From an uncultured Chloroflexia bacterium (GTDB taxonomy: Bacteria > Chloroflexota > Limnocylindria > Limnocylindrales > CSP1-4): a DNA stretch of 64,000 bases. The stretch lies in NCBI GenBank assembly GCA_963768655.1, contig CAVYIM010000004.1:640001-704000 (forward strand), in the 5' to 3' direction. A program made the position numbers and the translations under genes. Under the pieces are notes generated by a model. That model searched no databases, was not told where the DNA came from, and saw only the letters and a program-made list of their open reading frames with translations. Position 1 is the stretch's first letter. Every line of letters starts with the position of its first letter. Shown here one piece after another: positions 19,081 through 28,695 of this stretch.

Positions 19081-19503
19081 TTGACGCCGAGGGTGGGAAT
19101 GGGTCAGGGTGGCGCCGTGCCCTCTCAGCCACTCCCCACACCCGGACCGATCACCCGGCTCGGCCGCCTCGTCCAACCGGCCGACGCCAACGAGCGCGGC
19201 ACTCTCTTCGGCGGAGAGGCCATGCGGTTCATGGACGAGGCAGCGGCCGTTGCCGCCATCCGCTACGCCCGCGGGTCGGTGCTGACCGCCCACGTCGACG
19301 CCATAGACTTCCGGGCCCCGGTCCCCATCGGCGCCTTCATCGAAGCGATCGCTCGGGTCGTGGCCGTCGGCCGCACGTCGATGACCGTGGAGGTGGTCCT
19401 CGAGGCCGAGGACCGGCACACGGCCGCGCGCACGGTCACCACAACAGGGCGCTTCGTTCTCGTGGCAGTGGACGCCGAGGGGCTGCCGCGCGAGGTTCGG
19501 TGA
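19081..19503 (+). CDS. Hotdog-fold acyl-CoA thioesterase
   Basis: DANERGTLFGG..MDE, IDFRAPV, VGRTSM. Confidence 0.88.
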   Translation: MTPRVGMGQGGAVPSQPLPTPGPITRLGRLVQPADANERGTLFGGEAMRFMDEAAAVAAIRYARGSVLTAHVDAIDFRAPVPIGAFIEAIARVVAVGRTSMTVEVVLEAEDRHTAARTVTTTGRFVLVAVDAEGLPREVR

Positions 19504-19621
19504 GGCGCGCCGCCGCCGGCCCGCGGCGTGCCGCGGGCCCCAACCCGACCGGCCGGCGTTTCGCGCCGCAGGCGAGCGAGGCGGGGCGACCCACGCGAGC
19601 TGGCGGCCTGCTAGGCTGCCG

Positions 19622-21193
19622 TTGATGACGGCATCTGACTCAGCCGCGAAGGTGCGCCAGAACTCTTCTGGCCTCCTCGGGCTGCGCGACGTGGCCACGG
19701 CGCTGGACGTCTGGCGGCGAGATCCCAACGCCGCCACTCACGGTCGCCTGGCCGAAGCGTTCGGGCGAGTCGTGACCGGCTCAGGGCTGCGGGGCGGTCA
19801 CCTCTACCTCCATGCGCCCCCGCTCGCCGAGGCCGAGCTGCGCGCCGGTAGCCTCCTCGACGAGAGCACGCAGGCGGCCGGCGTGCACGCATACGAGCTT
19901 CGCTTCGGCGATCGGATCCTGGCGACGCTGGCGCTGGACGCCCCGCCGGCCGCCGTGTTCTCGGTCGACGAGTGCGCCCGAGGCCTGGAGATCGTCGTCG
20001 GAGCGGCCTGGTCCGAGGCGCGCGCCGGCCAGGCCACGGACGAGCTGGCCGCCCTCGACACCGCCACGCGCGGCATCGCCGGCGTGCTGGACCTGGATCG
20101 GGTCCTGCAGCTGATCACGGACCGGGTCCGCGAGCTCGCCCATGCCCAATATGCGGCCCTGGGGATCGTCGACCAGGAAGGCGGGATCGAGCGCTTCATC
20201 ACCAGCGGCATCGGCCGCACGGAGCGCGAGAGGATCGGCCCTCCGCCGCACGGCCACGGCCTCCTGGGCGTCATCGCCACCGTCAATCGTCCGCTGCGGA
20301 TCCACGATATCGCCACGGACCCGCGGCGCTACGGCTTCCCGGCCAATCACCCGGCGATGAATTCCTTGCTCGGAGTTCCGATCGGTGTGAAGGGCCGATC
20401 GATCGGCCGGCTGTACCTGACCAACAAGCTGCCTTCGGGCGACTTCACGGAGGACGATGAGCGGCTGGTCGAGATGTTCGCCCTGCATGCCGGCATCGCC
20501 ATCGAGAACGCCCGACTGCACGAGCAGGTGCAGCGGCTGGCCATCGTCGAGGAGCGCGAACGGATCGGCCGCGACCTCCACGACGGCATCATCCAGAGCA
20601 TCTATGCCGTGGGTCTCTCGCTCGAGGACGTCCCGGATCTGATGGAGGACGAGCCTGAGGTCGCCCGCGCCCGAGTCGAGCATGCCATCGATTCGCTCGA
20701 CCAGTCGATCCGCGACATCCGCAACTTCATCTTCGGCCTGCGCCCCGAGCTGCTCGAACAGGCCGGCCTGGTTGGCGGCCTGGCGGCCCTGGCAGACGAG
20801 TTCCGGGTCAACAGCATGGTCGACATCGACGTCGAGACCTTCGGCGTCGAGGACGTGGATCTCTCGCCCGATCAGACGGGTCAGCTGCTCTCCATCGCCC
20901 GAGAGGCACTCAGCAACGTCGCCCGCCACTCCAAGGCGACCCGCGGAACGGTTCGCGTGGAGGTCCGCGACGGCACGATCCGGCTGACCGTCAGCGACAA
21001 CGGCGTCGGCTTCGAGCCCGACCGGCAGCGCGGCCCGAGCCATCAGGGCCTGATCAACATGCGCGCCCGGGCCGTCGCGGTAGGTGGGCATCTGGTGCTC
21101 GAAAGCGCACCGGGTGGCGGCACGCGTATCATCGTGGAGGTTGCGCGGCGCGAGACGCTTGGCGCCGATGCCAGCCAGCTAGGAGACGAATGA
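19622..21193 (+). CDS. GAF-domain sensor histidine kinase, DosS/DevS-like
   Basis: GAF with GFPANHPAM (DosS heme-ligand His position), HisKA_3 ERERIGRDLHD, EALSNVARHS, DNGVG. Confidence 0.9.
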   Translation: MMTASDSAAKVRQNSSGLLGLRDVATALDVWRRDPNAATHGRLAEAFGRVVTGSGLRGGHLYLHAPPLAEAELRAGSLLDESTQAAGVHAYELRFGDRILATLALDAPPAAVFSVDECARGLEIVVGAAWSEARAGQATDELAALDTATRGIAGVLDLDRVLQLITDRVRELAHAQYAALGIVDQEGGIERFITSGIGRTERERIGPPPHGHGLLGVIATVNRPLRIHDIATDPRRYGFPANHPAMNSLLGVPIGVKGRSIGRLYLTNKLPSGDFTEDDERLVEMFALHAGIAIENARLHEQVQRLAIVEERERIGRDLHDGIIQSIYAVGLSLEDVPDLMEDEPEVARARVEHAIDSLDQSIRDIRNFIFGLRPELLEQAGLVGGLAALADEFRVNSMVDIDVETFGVEDVDLSPDQTGQLLSIAREALSNVARHSKATRGTVRVEVRDGTIRLTVSDNGVGFEPDRQRGPSHQGLINMRARAVAVGGHLVLESAPGGGTRIIVEVARRETLGADASQLGDE

Positions 21194-21861
21194 CCGACCA
21201 GCTCGATGCACGCCCGCTGCGGCTGCTCGTGGTCGACGATCACGAGGTCGTACGGCAAGGCCTCGTCTCGCTGCTCGACAGGCGCGAGCACTTCCAGGTC
21301 GTTGCCGAGGCGGGAACCGCGGCCGAGGCCGTGGAGATGGCGCGCAAGTTCGAACCGGACCTGGTGGTCATGGACGTCCGCCTGCCGGATGGCTCCGGGA
21401 TCGAGGCCTGCCGCGAGATTCGAGCCGAATTCCCGGCCACGCGCGTCGTCATCCTGACGAGCTACCCGGACGAGGAAGCCGTTCTGTCGGCGATCATCGC
21501 CGGCGCATCGGGCTATCTGCTCAAGCAGATCCGCAGCCGCGACCTCGTCAGTGCCCTCGAGTCGGTCGGCCGGGGCGAGTCGCTGCTCGATCCCGCCGTC
21601 ACCGAGAAGGTGCTCGACCGAGTCCGCCGCATCGCCACCGGCACCTATACCGACGAGATGGCCCAGCTGACCCAGCAGGAGCAGAAGATCCTGCTGCTCG
21701 TGGCCGAAGGCAAGACCAACAAGGAGATCGCGGCGGAGGTCTTCCTTTCGGACAAGACGGTCAAGAACTACGTCAGCTCGATCCTCTCCAAGTTGAACCT
21801 GGAGCGCCGCGCTCAGGCGGCTGCGTTCGTCGCGCGGCATCGGTTGAAGGGCGGGGCATAG
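21190..21861 (+). CDS. NarL/LuxR response regulator, DosR/DevR-like
   Basis: VDDHEVVRQG, MDVRLPDGSG, TNKEIA..FLSDKTVKNYVSSILSKL. Confidence 0.93.
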   Translation: MTDQLDARPLRLLVVDDHEVVRQGLVSLLDRREHFQVVAEAGTAAEAVEMARKFEPDLVVMDVRLPDGSGIEACREIRAEFPATRVVILTSYPDEEAVLSAIIAGASGYLLKQIRSRDLVSALESVGRGESLLDPAVTEKVLDRVRRIATGTYTDEMAQLTQQEQKILLLVAEGKTNKEIAAEVFLSDKTVKNYVSSILSKLNLERRAQAAAFVARHRLKGGA

Positions 21862-21879
21862 CCGCCGCTCAGTCGGGCG

Positions 21880-22026
21880 ATCTCTTCGTTACGCCTCCGG
21901 GTGTTCTGCTCACGCACGTTCAAGTGCGCTCGCGTCACGTCCTCGGCGCGCCTCGATCTCGCCCGCCGGAGCGGCGGCGCTGCAGGCTCGCGGCGGGCCA
22001 TCTCTTCGTTACGCCTCCGGGCGTTC
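21880..22026. repeat. 27-bp direct repeat pair, period 120 bp
   Basis: ATCTCTTCGTTACGCCTCCGGGYGTTC at 21880 and 22000 (1 mismatch). Confidence 0.9.
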
Positions 22027-22114
22027 CCCAACGCCGCTCCTCCGTGTCGCCGGGCATCATCCGACCGGGGCGCTCGACTTCACGCAGATTCGTGCGGCCA
22101 CTACACTCCGCCTC

Positions 22115-23386
22115 ATGCGTATCGTCACCGCCGATGAGGCCGTTTCTGCCATCCAATCAGGTCAGCAGATCTTCATGCACGGCTCAGCCGCGACACCGTC
22201 CGTGCTCCTCGACGCGCTGTGCAGGCGCGCCCCTCTGCTCCAGGACGTCAAGATCGTTCACATGCACTGCGAAGGCCCGCACCCTCATCTCGCGCCGGAG
22301 ATGCAGGGCCACCTGCTGCATCGCGCCGTGTTCATCGGTCCGAACGCTCGCCAGGCGATCAACGAAGGCCGGGCCGAGTTCATCCCCGTCTTCCTGTCGG
22401 ACATCCCGCGCCTGATCGAAACCGGGCTCCTGCCGCTGGACGCGGTGTTCATCAATGTAACTCCGCCCGACGAGCACGGCTACTGCTCGCTCGGCACTGC
22501 GGTCGACACTATGCACACGGCGATCCGCTGTGCGAAGACCGTCATCGCCCAGCTGAACAAGAGCATGCCGCGCACCCTGGGCGACAGCTTCATCCATGTC
22601 AGCAAGATCGATTTCGGGGTCGAAGTGGACCAGCCGCCGTACACCTACCATCGCGGCGACGTCGGTGATGTGGAGCGGCGCGTCGGCGAGTTCGTAGCGG
22701 ATCTCATCCCGGACGAGGCGACACTGCAGATGGGAATCGGCGCCATTCCCAGCGCCGTCGGCCTGTGCCTGGACGGCAGGAAGAACCTGGGCGTCCACAC
22801 CGAGATGTTCACCGATGTGCTGGTCGATCTCGTGGAGCGCGGGGTGGTGACCTGTGAACGCAAGGAGCTCGACTGCGGCAAGGCCGTCACCGCCTTCATG
22901 ATGGGCTCGCCGCGCCTCTACAAGTTCGTCGACAACAATCCGATGGTCGAGATGCGGCCGGTCGACTACACGAACGACACGGCTGTCATCCGGCGCTTCA
23001 AGCGCATGACGGCCATCAACTCGGCCATCGAAGTGGACCTTACCGGCCAGGTATGCGCCGACTCGATCGGACACCGCATGTACAGCGGCGTCGGCGGCCA
23101 GATGGACTTCATGCGCGGCGCGGCCCTGGCCGTGGAAGGGCGGGCCATCATCGCGTTGCCCTCCACCGGTGCCGACGGCAAGTTCACCCGTATCACGGCC
23201 AACCTGAAAGAAGGGGCCGGTGTGACGACGACCCGCTCGCACGTTCGAACCGTCGTGACGGAGTACGGCGTGGCCGAGCTATTCGGGCAGAGCTTCCGCG
23301 AGCGGGCCAAGCGGCTCATCGCCATCGCCCACCCCGATTTCCGCGACGAGCTCACGGCCTACGCGAAGAAGTACCACGAGCTCTAG
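22115..23386 (+). CDS. Acetyl-CoA hydrolase/transferase family (4-hydroxybutyrate CoA-transferase-like)
   Basis: LQMGIGAIP, HTEMF, EVDLTGQV, SGVGGQMDF, VTEYG. Confidence 0.93.
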   Translation: MRIVTADEAVSAIQSGQQIFMHGSAATPSVLLDALCRRAPLLQDVKIVHMHCEGPHPHLAPEMQGHLLHRAVFIGPNARQAINEGRAEFIPVFLSDIPRLIETGLLPLDAVFINVTPPDEHGYCSLGTAVDTMHTAIRCAKTVIAQLNKSMPRTLGDSFIHVSKIDFGVEVDQPPYTYHRGDVGDVERRVGEFVADLIPDEATLQMGIGAIPSAVGLCLDGRKNLGVHTEMFTDVLVDLVERGVVTCERKELDCGKAVTAFMMGSPRLYKFVDNNPMVEMRPVDYTNDTAVIRRFKRMTAINSAIEVDLTGQVCADSIGHRMYSGVGGQMDFMRGAALAVEGRAIIALPSTGADGKFTRITANLKEGAGVTTTRSHVRTVVTEYGVAELFGQSFRERAKRLIAIAHPDFRDELTAYAKKYHEL

Positions 23387-23546
23387 ACCGATCGAGCCCG
23401 GCCCCGCTCGTTCGTGATCGGAGTCGCCGGTTTCGATTCGCGACATCCGGCCGGACCACTCAGTTCGACGCCGCTTCGAGGCGGCAGCATGCCTCGTTTC
23501 GCTCACGTCATGTTTCCATGGGCGTATCCGCCCGGGAATGCGACGT

Positions 23547-23731
23547 TTTCCGTCATCTACACCTGGTAGGCGTGCTCGACGCGGATTGTGGCCGTGGTAG
23601 CTCGCACGCTGCGTTCCCGAACGCGTTCGCGCGCTCGTCGCGAGCGTGGATCGTGCGCAGCGCGCCTCGGGCCGATGCCCGTGCCATCAGGGACTGCGTC
23701 TTGCACTCCCGGTAGGCGTAAGTGGCGGAAA
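23547..23731. repeat. REPIN/MITE-like inverted doublet 1 of the 28-bp repeat family
   Basis: 23547-23574(-) CACGCCTACCAGGTGTAGATGACGGAAA and 23704-23731(+) CACTCCCGGTAGGCGTAAGTGGCGGAAA. Confidence 0.75.
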
Positions 23732-23802
23732 CGCGGGGGGCACTTGACCGCCCTCCAACCGCGAGGAGCGAACAAGCGAGCGCACGGGATTTTGCCGGGC
23801 GC

Positions 23803-23842
23803 AAAAAAGGACGAACGCCGGGCGTCCCCTCCGGCGTTCGTC
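23803..23842 (-). terminator. Intrinsic terminator on the minus strand with no annotated upstream gene
   Basis: 12-bp perfect stem GACGAACGCCGG/CCGGCGTTCGTC followed by CTTTTTT on the minus strand. Confidence 0.7.
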
Positions 23843-24080
23843 ACGCGAGCAAGTCTGGGATCGGCGCCGATCCGTGCGCAGTGCCGAACGGCCCCCCGCG
23901 GCGGGCAACAGGACCCCCTCGCCGAGCTTACCCGGGTAGGGAAGGGCCGGCCCGGCCCGTGTCGGGCCATCCCCGAGGCTGGCGCCCGGGCCGCCGCCCG
24001 GACCAACGACTGCCACCGCACACCGCCGCGCCGGCCCCCTCCTTCGGGCAGGCCTCTCCCATCCCGGCCTGTCGCCCTGC

Positions 24081-24119
24081 GGGCCATATGGCCCCCGGCA
24101 TTAGGGAGCCCTGTCGCTA
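24081..24119. promoter_or_regulatory. Tandem DosR-like boxes upstream of the PFOR operon
   Basis: Perfect palindrome GGGCCATATGGCCC (24081-24094) and TTAGGGAGCCCTGTCGCTA (core at 24104). Confidence 0.5.
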
Positions 24120-24154
24120 CGGGTGGAGAGGCTCCAGCGCGCACGCTATGCGCC

Positions 24155-26497
24155 ATGCTCGCCGATTCCAATCTGCCTTTGCGTCGACTGCTCATCGTCA
24201 GTCAACACCGCGCGGCAACCGAGGCGCTCTGCGATCACCTCTCGCGTCACGGCTTCGCGATCGTCGCTCAGGCGACCTCCGCTGAATCCGCGGCGCGCGA
24301 TTGCGCTGCCTCGAACCCGGACGTGGTGCTGCTCGATGCGGACGTTCCAGGCGGATGGCGGCCGGTAGTGGCAGCACTGCGCGACTGCATCCCCGCGGAG
24401 CGGATCGCCGTGCTCGCCTCCTACTGGCATGCGGACGAGCAGCGCGAGGCGGTCGCCAGCGGGATTGGCGGCACCCTGCTCAAGCACTTGGACGGAAGCG
24501 CACTGGCCCGCCAGTTGCGCGCATTGGGTGAACCGACCATCGTGACGAATTCGCCGACACCGGAGTATCCAGGCATCCCGGCCATCATCGACGGCTCGGA
24601 GGCCATCGCCCATGTCGAGTCGCGGATCAGCGACGGCGCATGCGCCTACCCGATCACGCCATCGACAACCATGGCCGCGGTCTACCAGGTCGCCGTGGCC
24701 AACGGCACCCCGAACATCTGGGGCACAACGCTCAAGTTCATCGAACCCGAGTCGGAGCACTCCTCCGCCTCCGCCGCCGAGGGCTTCGCTCTCGCCGGTG
24801 GCCGGGTCACGAACTTCACGGCCGGGCAGGGACTCATCCTGATGAAGGAAGTCCTGTACGTCATCGCCGGCAAGCGCCTGCCCGTGGTCTTCCACGTGGG
24901 TGCGCGCGCGCTGACCAGCCAGAGCCTCAACATCCACGCCGGCCACGACGACTTGATGGGCGTCGCGGACTGCGGCTGGGGCATGTTCTTCTCGCGCAAC
25001 TGCCAGGAGGCGGCCGACCTGACCGCCATCGCCCGACGCGTCGCCGAGGACGGCGAGACGCCGTGGTTCGTGGCCCAGGATGGGTTCCTCACCACGCACA
25101 CGATCGAGAACGTCCAGCTGCCTGAGGACGAGCTCCTGAAGCGCTTCGTGGGCGACCCCCGCGTGACGGTCCGCGATCTGTTCGACACCAAGGACGGTCT
25201 GATGTCCGGCGTCGTCCAGAACCAGGACTCCTACATGAAGGGCCGCATCGCCCAGCGCGCCTGGTACGACAGGCTCATCGAGATCACCGAGCGCGCCATG
25301 GCCGAATGGACGGCCTTCACGGGGCGTCAGTACGGTCTGATCCAGACGTACAAGACCGAAGACGCCGACTACGTCATGGTTTCGATGGGGACCATGGCGG
25401 ACACCGCTCTCGCGGTCGTCGACCATCTCCGCGCCGCCGGCCGCAAGGTCGGTTGCATCACGGTTACGTGCTTCCGCCCGTTCCCGGCGAAGCAGCTTGC
25501 GAAGGCTCTGGCCAACGCCAAAGTGGTGGCCGTCGTCGAGCGCACGGACGAGCCCGCGGCCGCGGACAATCCGCTGACTCGCGAGCTCAAATCGGCCCTC
25601 GCCGATGCGGCGATGGACGGCGCCCGCCTGCCGCGTGTCGTGTCGGCCTCGGCCGGCCTCGGCTCGCGCGACATCCAGCCCGGCGACCTCGCGGCCGTCT
25701 TCGACTGGATCGCCGACGAGAAGGCTGTCAAGGAGCGCAAGCACGCCGTGTTGGGCATCCGCCATCCGCTCGCGCTCAAGAAGAGCGACGTCAACATCCG
25801 CCCCCGCGGCGCCTACAGCCTGCGCGGCCACTCGGTCGGCGGCTTCGGCTCGGTCACCACGAACAAGCTCGTGGCGACGACCGTCGGCGAGCTCTTCAAC
25901 CTCTACGTCCAGGCCTATCCGCGCTACGGCTCGGAGAAGAAGGGCCTGCCTACTACGTATTACCTCACCATCGCCGAGGAGCCGATCCGGCTCCACAACG
26001 AGCTGACCGAAGTCGACTTCGTGCCGCTCTTCGACACCAACTCCTTCAAGCAGGGCGATCCGCTCGCCGGGCTCGTGAACGGCGGCACGGTCTTCGTGCC
26101 GACGCCGCTCACCGACCCGGACGAGATCTGGGCCGCTCTGCCGCCGGCGACCCGGGCCGAGATCCTGGCTCGAAAGATTCGCCTTCTCGCCCTCGACACG
26201 GCGGAACTCGCCACCAAGTACGCGCCGCGACCGGACCTGTTGATCCGGATGCAGGGTGTCGCTCTGGTTGGCGTCTTCCTCAAGGTCTCGCCGTTCGCCG
26301 AGCGGGCCGGCCTCGACCGACCCGCTCTGATGGAGGCCGTGCGGGCCAATCTGACTCGCTTCTTCGGGAAGCGCGGCACATCGGTCGTCGACGCCAACCT
26401 GGCCGTGATCCAGGGCGCCTACGACGGCGTGATCGACGTCACCGCGGCGATAACCGCCGGGAGCACCGTTTCGGCGGCCGCCCGGGCGACGCGATGA
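24155..26497 (+). CDS. Pyruvate:ferredoxin oxidoreductase N-terminal half (alpha+gamma domains) with in-frame N-terminal receiver domain
   Basis: REC (PDVVLLDAD, LASY, LLKH) then AYPITPST, ESEHS, FTAGQGL, QDGFLTTH, GHSVGGFGS, YGSEKKG; ORF-track start 23588 rejected. Confidence 0.88.
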   Translation: MLADSNLPLRRLLIVSQHRAATEALCDHLSRHGFAIVAQATSAESAARDCAASNPDVVLLDADVPGGWRPVVAALRDCIPAERIAVLASYWHADEQREAVASGIGGTLLKHLDGSALARQLRALGEPTIVTNSPTPEYPGIPAIIDGSEAIAHVESRISDGACAYPITPSTTMAAVYQVAVANGTPNIWGTTLKFIEPESEHSSASAAEGFALAGGRVTNFTAGQGLILMKEVLYVIAGKRLPVVFHVGARALTSQSLNIHAGHDDLMGVADCGWGMFFSRNCQEAADLTAIARRVAEDGETPWFVAQDGFLTTHTIENVQLPEDELLKRFVGDPRVTVRDLFDTKDGLMSGVVQNQDSYMKGRIAQRAWYDRLIEITERAMAEWTAFTGRQYGLIQTYKTEDADYVMVSMGTMADTALAVVDHLRAAGRKVGCITVTCFRPFPAKQLAKALANAKVVAVVERTDEPAAADNPLTRELKSALADAAMDGARLPRVVSASAGLGSRDIQPGDLAAVFDWIADEKAVKERKHAVLGIRHPLALKKSDVNIRPRGAYSLRGHSVGGFGSVTTNKLVATTVGELFNLYVQAYPRYGSEKKGLPTTYYLTIAEEPIRLHNELTEVDFVPLFDTNSFKQGDPLAGLVNGGTVFVPTPLTDPDEIWAALPPATRAEILARKIRLLALDTAELATKYAPRPDLLIRMQGVALVGVFLKVSPFAERAGLDRPALMEAVRANLTRFFGKRGTSVVDANLAVIQGAYDGVIDVTAAITAGSTVSAAARATR

Positions 26498-26889
26498 CCG
26501 AAACTCGCAAGGTTGGGGACGTCATGACCCCCAACCCGGTCTCGATCTCGGAGACGGCCTCCCTCGCGGAAGCCGCCGCCCTGCTCGGCAGCAGGGAGAT
26601 CTCCGGCCTGCCCGTCATCGACGCGAGCGGATGTCTGGTCGGAGTCCTGAGTCAGACCGATCTCATCAAGACGCAGGCAAACCCGGGGCTCTCTGCCAGC
26701 TGGCGGGGCCTGCCCGTTGGAGAAATCATGACGAAACCGGCGCTCACAATCCCCTCGACCGCAGGCCTCGACGAGGCCGCGCGGCTGATGGGCGAGCGCC
26801 GAGTCCACCGCCTCGTCGTCACGGACGCGGCGGCCACCCCGATCGGAATCATCTCGGCCAGCGACCTCGTTCGGTCGTGGCTGCGATAG
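26494..26889 (+). CDS. Tandem CBS-domain protein
   Basis: VGDVMTPNPVSI, ISGLPVID, IMTKPALTI, IGIISASDL; ATGA overlap with upstream gene. Confidence 0.9.
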   Translation: MTETRKVGDVMTPNPVSISETASLAEAAALLGSREISGLPVIDASGCLVGVLSQTDLIKTQANPGLSASWRGLPVGEIMTKPALTIPSTAGLDEAARLMGERRVHRLVVTDAAATPIGIISASDLVRSWLR

Positions 26890-26910
26890 GACCCGAAGAC
26901 TGAGCGAGCG

Positions 26911-28608
26911 ATGACAGAGACGATTGCCACCGAGAAGAACGGAAAGGGCCAGTTCGTAGGCACGCTGGCCAACCTTCCCGCGGGTCCCGGGCGAATTGCG
27001 CCGCAGACCCTCGATATCGCCGCCTACATCAAAGACTTCAACACCACGGTCATAGACGCGTATCGCAGCGGCGTTGCCGACGTTGAGCTGCCCGCCGACA
27101 TGGGTGTCGGCCGCAGCCTGATCGCCCCTGGCACCGCCGGCACCCGCGACTTCAGCAGCCTCTCGCCGCTGATCCCGCAATTCGCGGCGGAGCAGTGCGT
27201 GGGCTGCATGGCCTGCGTCAGCGCCTGCCCCGACAGCGCCATCTACGCGACGGCGCAGCCGAAGGCCGCACTGGCTGCCGCGATCGACCAGTTCGCCGCC
27301 GCCCAGCCGAGCCCGACGCTGGCCGCGGAGACGGCGAAGCAGCACTTCGTCCACACTACCAAGTACGCCGACGTGCCCGCCAAGCGCGGCCTCGAGCCGG
27401 CCGACTTCGGGCTCTTCATCGATCCCCTCCACTGTAAGGGCTGCGCCGAGTGCGTCGACGTCTGCCTGGCCCAGGGTCATACCGCTCTCGTCATGGCCGA
27501 GAAGTGCGATTGCGAGCCGAGCGGCGAGTGCACGCTCGATCGCTACCGCCGCGACATCGGCTTCTACAAGAGCCTGCCGACGACCCCGGTCGCGTACCGC
27601 AACGAGAAGGCCCTGGCCGACATCATGCTCGGCGAGCACGCCTTCGGCTTCGTCGGCGGCGGAGGCTCGTGCTCAGGCTGCGGCGAAGGCACCGTCGTCC
27701 GGATGGTGATGGCCGCCACGCTGCAGGTCTACGGCCCGCAGAGCATGGGCATCGTCGCCGAGACGGGCTGCAACACCGTCTTCGCCAGCACCTACCCGTA
27801 CAACCCGTTCACGGTTCCGTGGACCAACTCCCTCTTCGAGAACGGCCCGGCCGATGCCCTCGGCATCCGGCTGCGCTGGGATCAGGCCGGCCACGCCGAT
27901 CGGCGGCTGTGGGTCTTCGGCGGCGACGGCGCCATGTACGACATCGGCTTCCAGTCGCTGTCGCGCCTGGTTGCCTCGGGCCACGACATCAAGGTCCTGG
28001 TGCTCGACACCGGCGTCTACTCGAATACCGGCGGCCAGACCTCCACGGCTTCCTTCACCGCTCAGGTTTCCAAGCTCTCCGCCTACGGCAAGGCCCAGCA
28101 CGGCAAGCAGGAGAAGCGCAAGGAGCTGGGCCGGATCATGATGGCCCATGGCGACGCCTACGTCGCCCAGGTCGCGGCCTGCAACATCAACCATCTCTAC
28201 AAGGCAGTGATGGAGGCCAACGCCTATCCCGGCCCGGCTGTCATCATCGCCTACACGCCCTGCATGCCGGAGCACGGTATCGCCGACGACGCTGCCAATC
28301 GCCAGGCCAAGCTCGCCGTGGAGTCGCGGGCCTTCCCGCTCTTCACGTACGACCCGCGCCGCGGCGACTCGCTCGCCGAGCGCCTCTCACTCCAGGGCAA
28401 TCCGGCGGTGAAGGAAGACTGGTCGAAGAACCCCGACGGGACCACTTTCGACTTCATCTCCTTCGCCCGAACGGAAGGCCGCTTCAGCCAGCACTTCGAC
28501 AAGGAGGGCAACCCCTCCCACGAGCTGCAGGCCTCCCAGGAGGATCGCCTCCACGACTGGCGCATCCTCCAGGAGATGGCCGGCGTTCTGCGCGCCGCAG
28601 GCCACTAG
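26911..28608 (+). CDS. Pyruvate:ferredoxin oxidoreductase C-terminal half (2x[4Fe-4S] + TPP-binding domain)
   Basis: CVGCMACVSACP, CKGCAECVDVC, SCSGCGE, TGC, NSLFEN, GGDGAMYDIG, YSNTGGQ. Confidence 0.92.
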   Translation: MTETIATEKNGKGQFVGTLANLPAGPGRIAPQTLDIAAYIKDFNTTVIDAYRSGVADVELPADMGVGRSLIAPGTAGTRDFSSLSPLIPQFAAEQCVGCMACVSACPDSAIYATAQPKAALAAAIDQFAAAQPSPTLAAETAKQHFVHTTKYADVPAKRGLEPADFGLFIDPLHCKGCAECVDVCLAQGHTALVMAEKCDCEPSGECTLDRYRRDIGFYKSLPTTPVAYRNEKALADIMLGEHAFGFVGGGGSCSGCGEGTVVRMVMAATLQVYGPQSMGIVAETGCNTVFASTYPYNPFTVPWTNSLFENGPADALGIRLRWDQAGHADRRLWVFGGDGAMYDIGFQSLSRLVASGHDIKVLVLDTGVYSNTGGQTSTASFTAQVSKLSAYGKAQHGKQEKRKELGRIMMAHGDAYVAQVAACNINHLYKAVMEANAYPGPAVIIAYTPCMPEHGIADDAANRQAKLAVESRAFPLFTYDPRRGDSLAERLSLQGNPAVKEDWSKNPDGTTFDFISFARTEGRFSQHFDKEGNPSHELQASQEDRLHDWRILQEMAGVLRAAGH

Positions 28609-28628
28609 CCGATCCCTCGCCGTCACAG

Positions 28629-28660
28629 AGAACCGGGGCTCCGCAACGGGCCCCGGTTCT
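28629..28660. terminator. Hairpin terminator between convergent oxidoreductase operons
   Basis: AGAACCGGGGC/GCCCCGGTTCT inverted repeat. Confidence 0.75.
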
Positions 28661-28695
28661 TGATTCTGTGGAGGGCGGCGGCGCGGGGCGCGCTC

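Noticed and set aside
21880-22026. Possible mini-CRISPR (also 40033-40108)
   Set aside because: Only two repeats each, spacers of 93 and 22 bp, no cas genes in the window
23588-24154. 189-codon N-terminal extension of the 969-aa ORF
   Set aside because: Low-complexity Arg/Pro/Ala translation that overlaps a repeat doublet, a terminator and promoter boxes; recognisable domains start at ATG 24155
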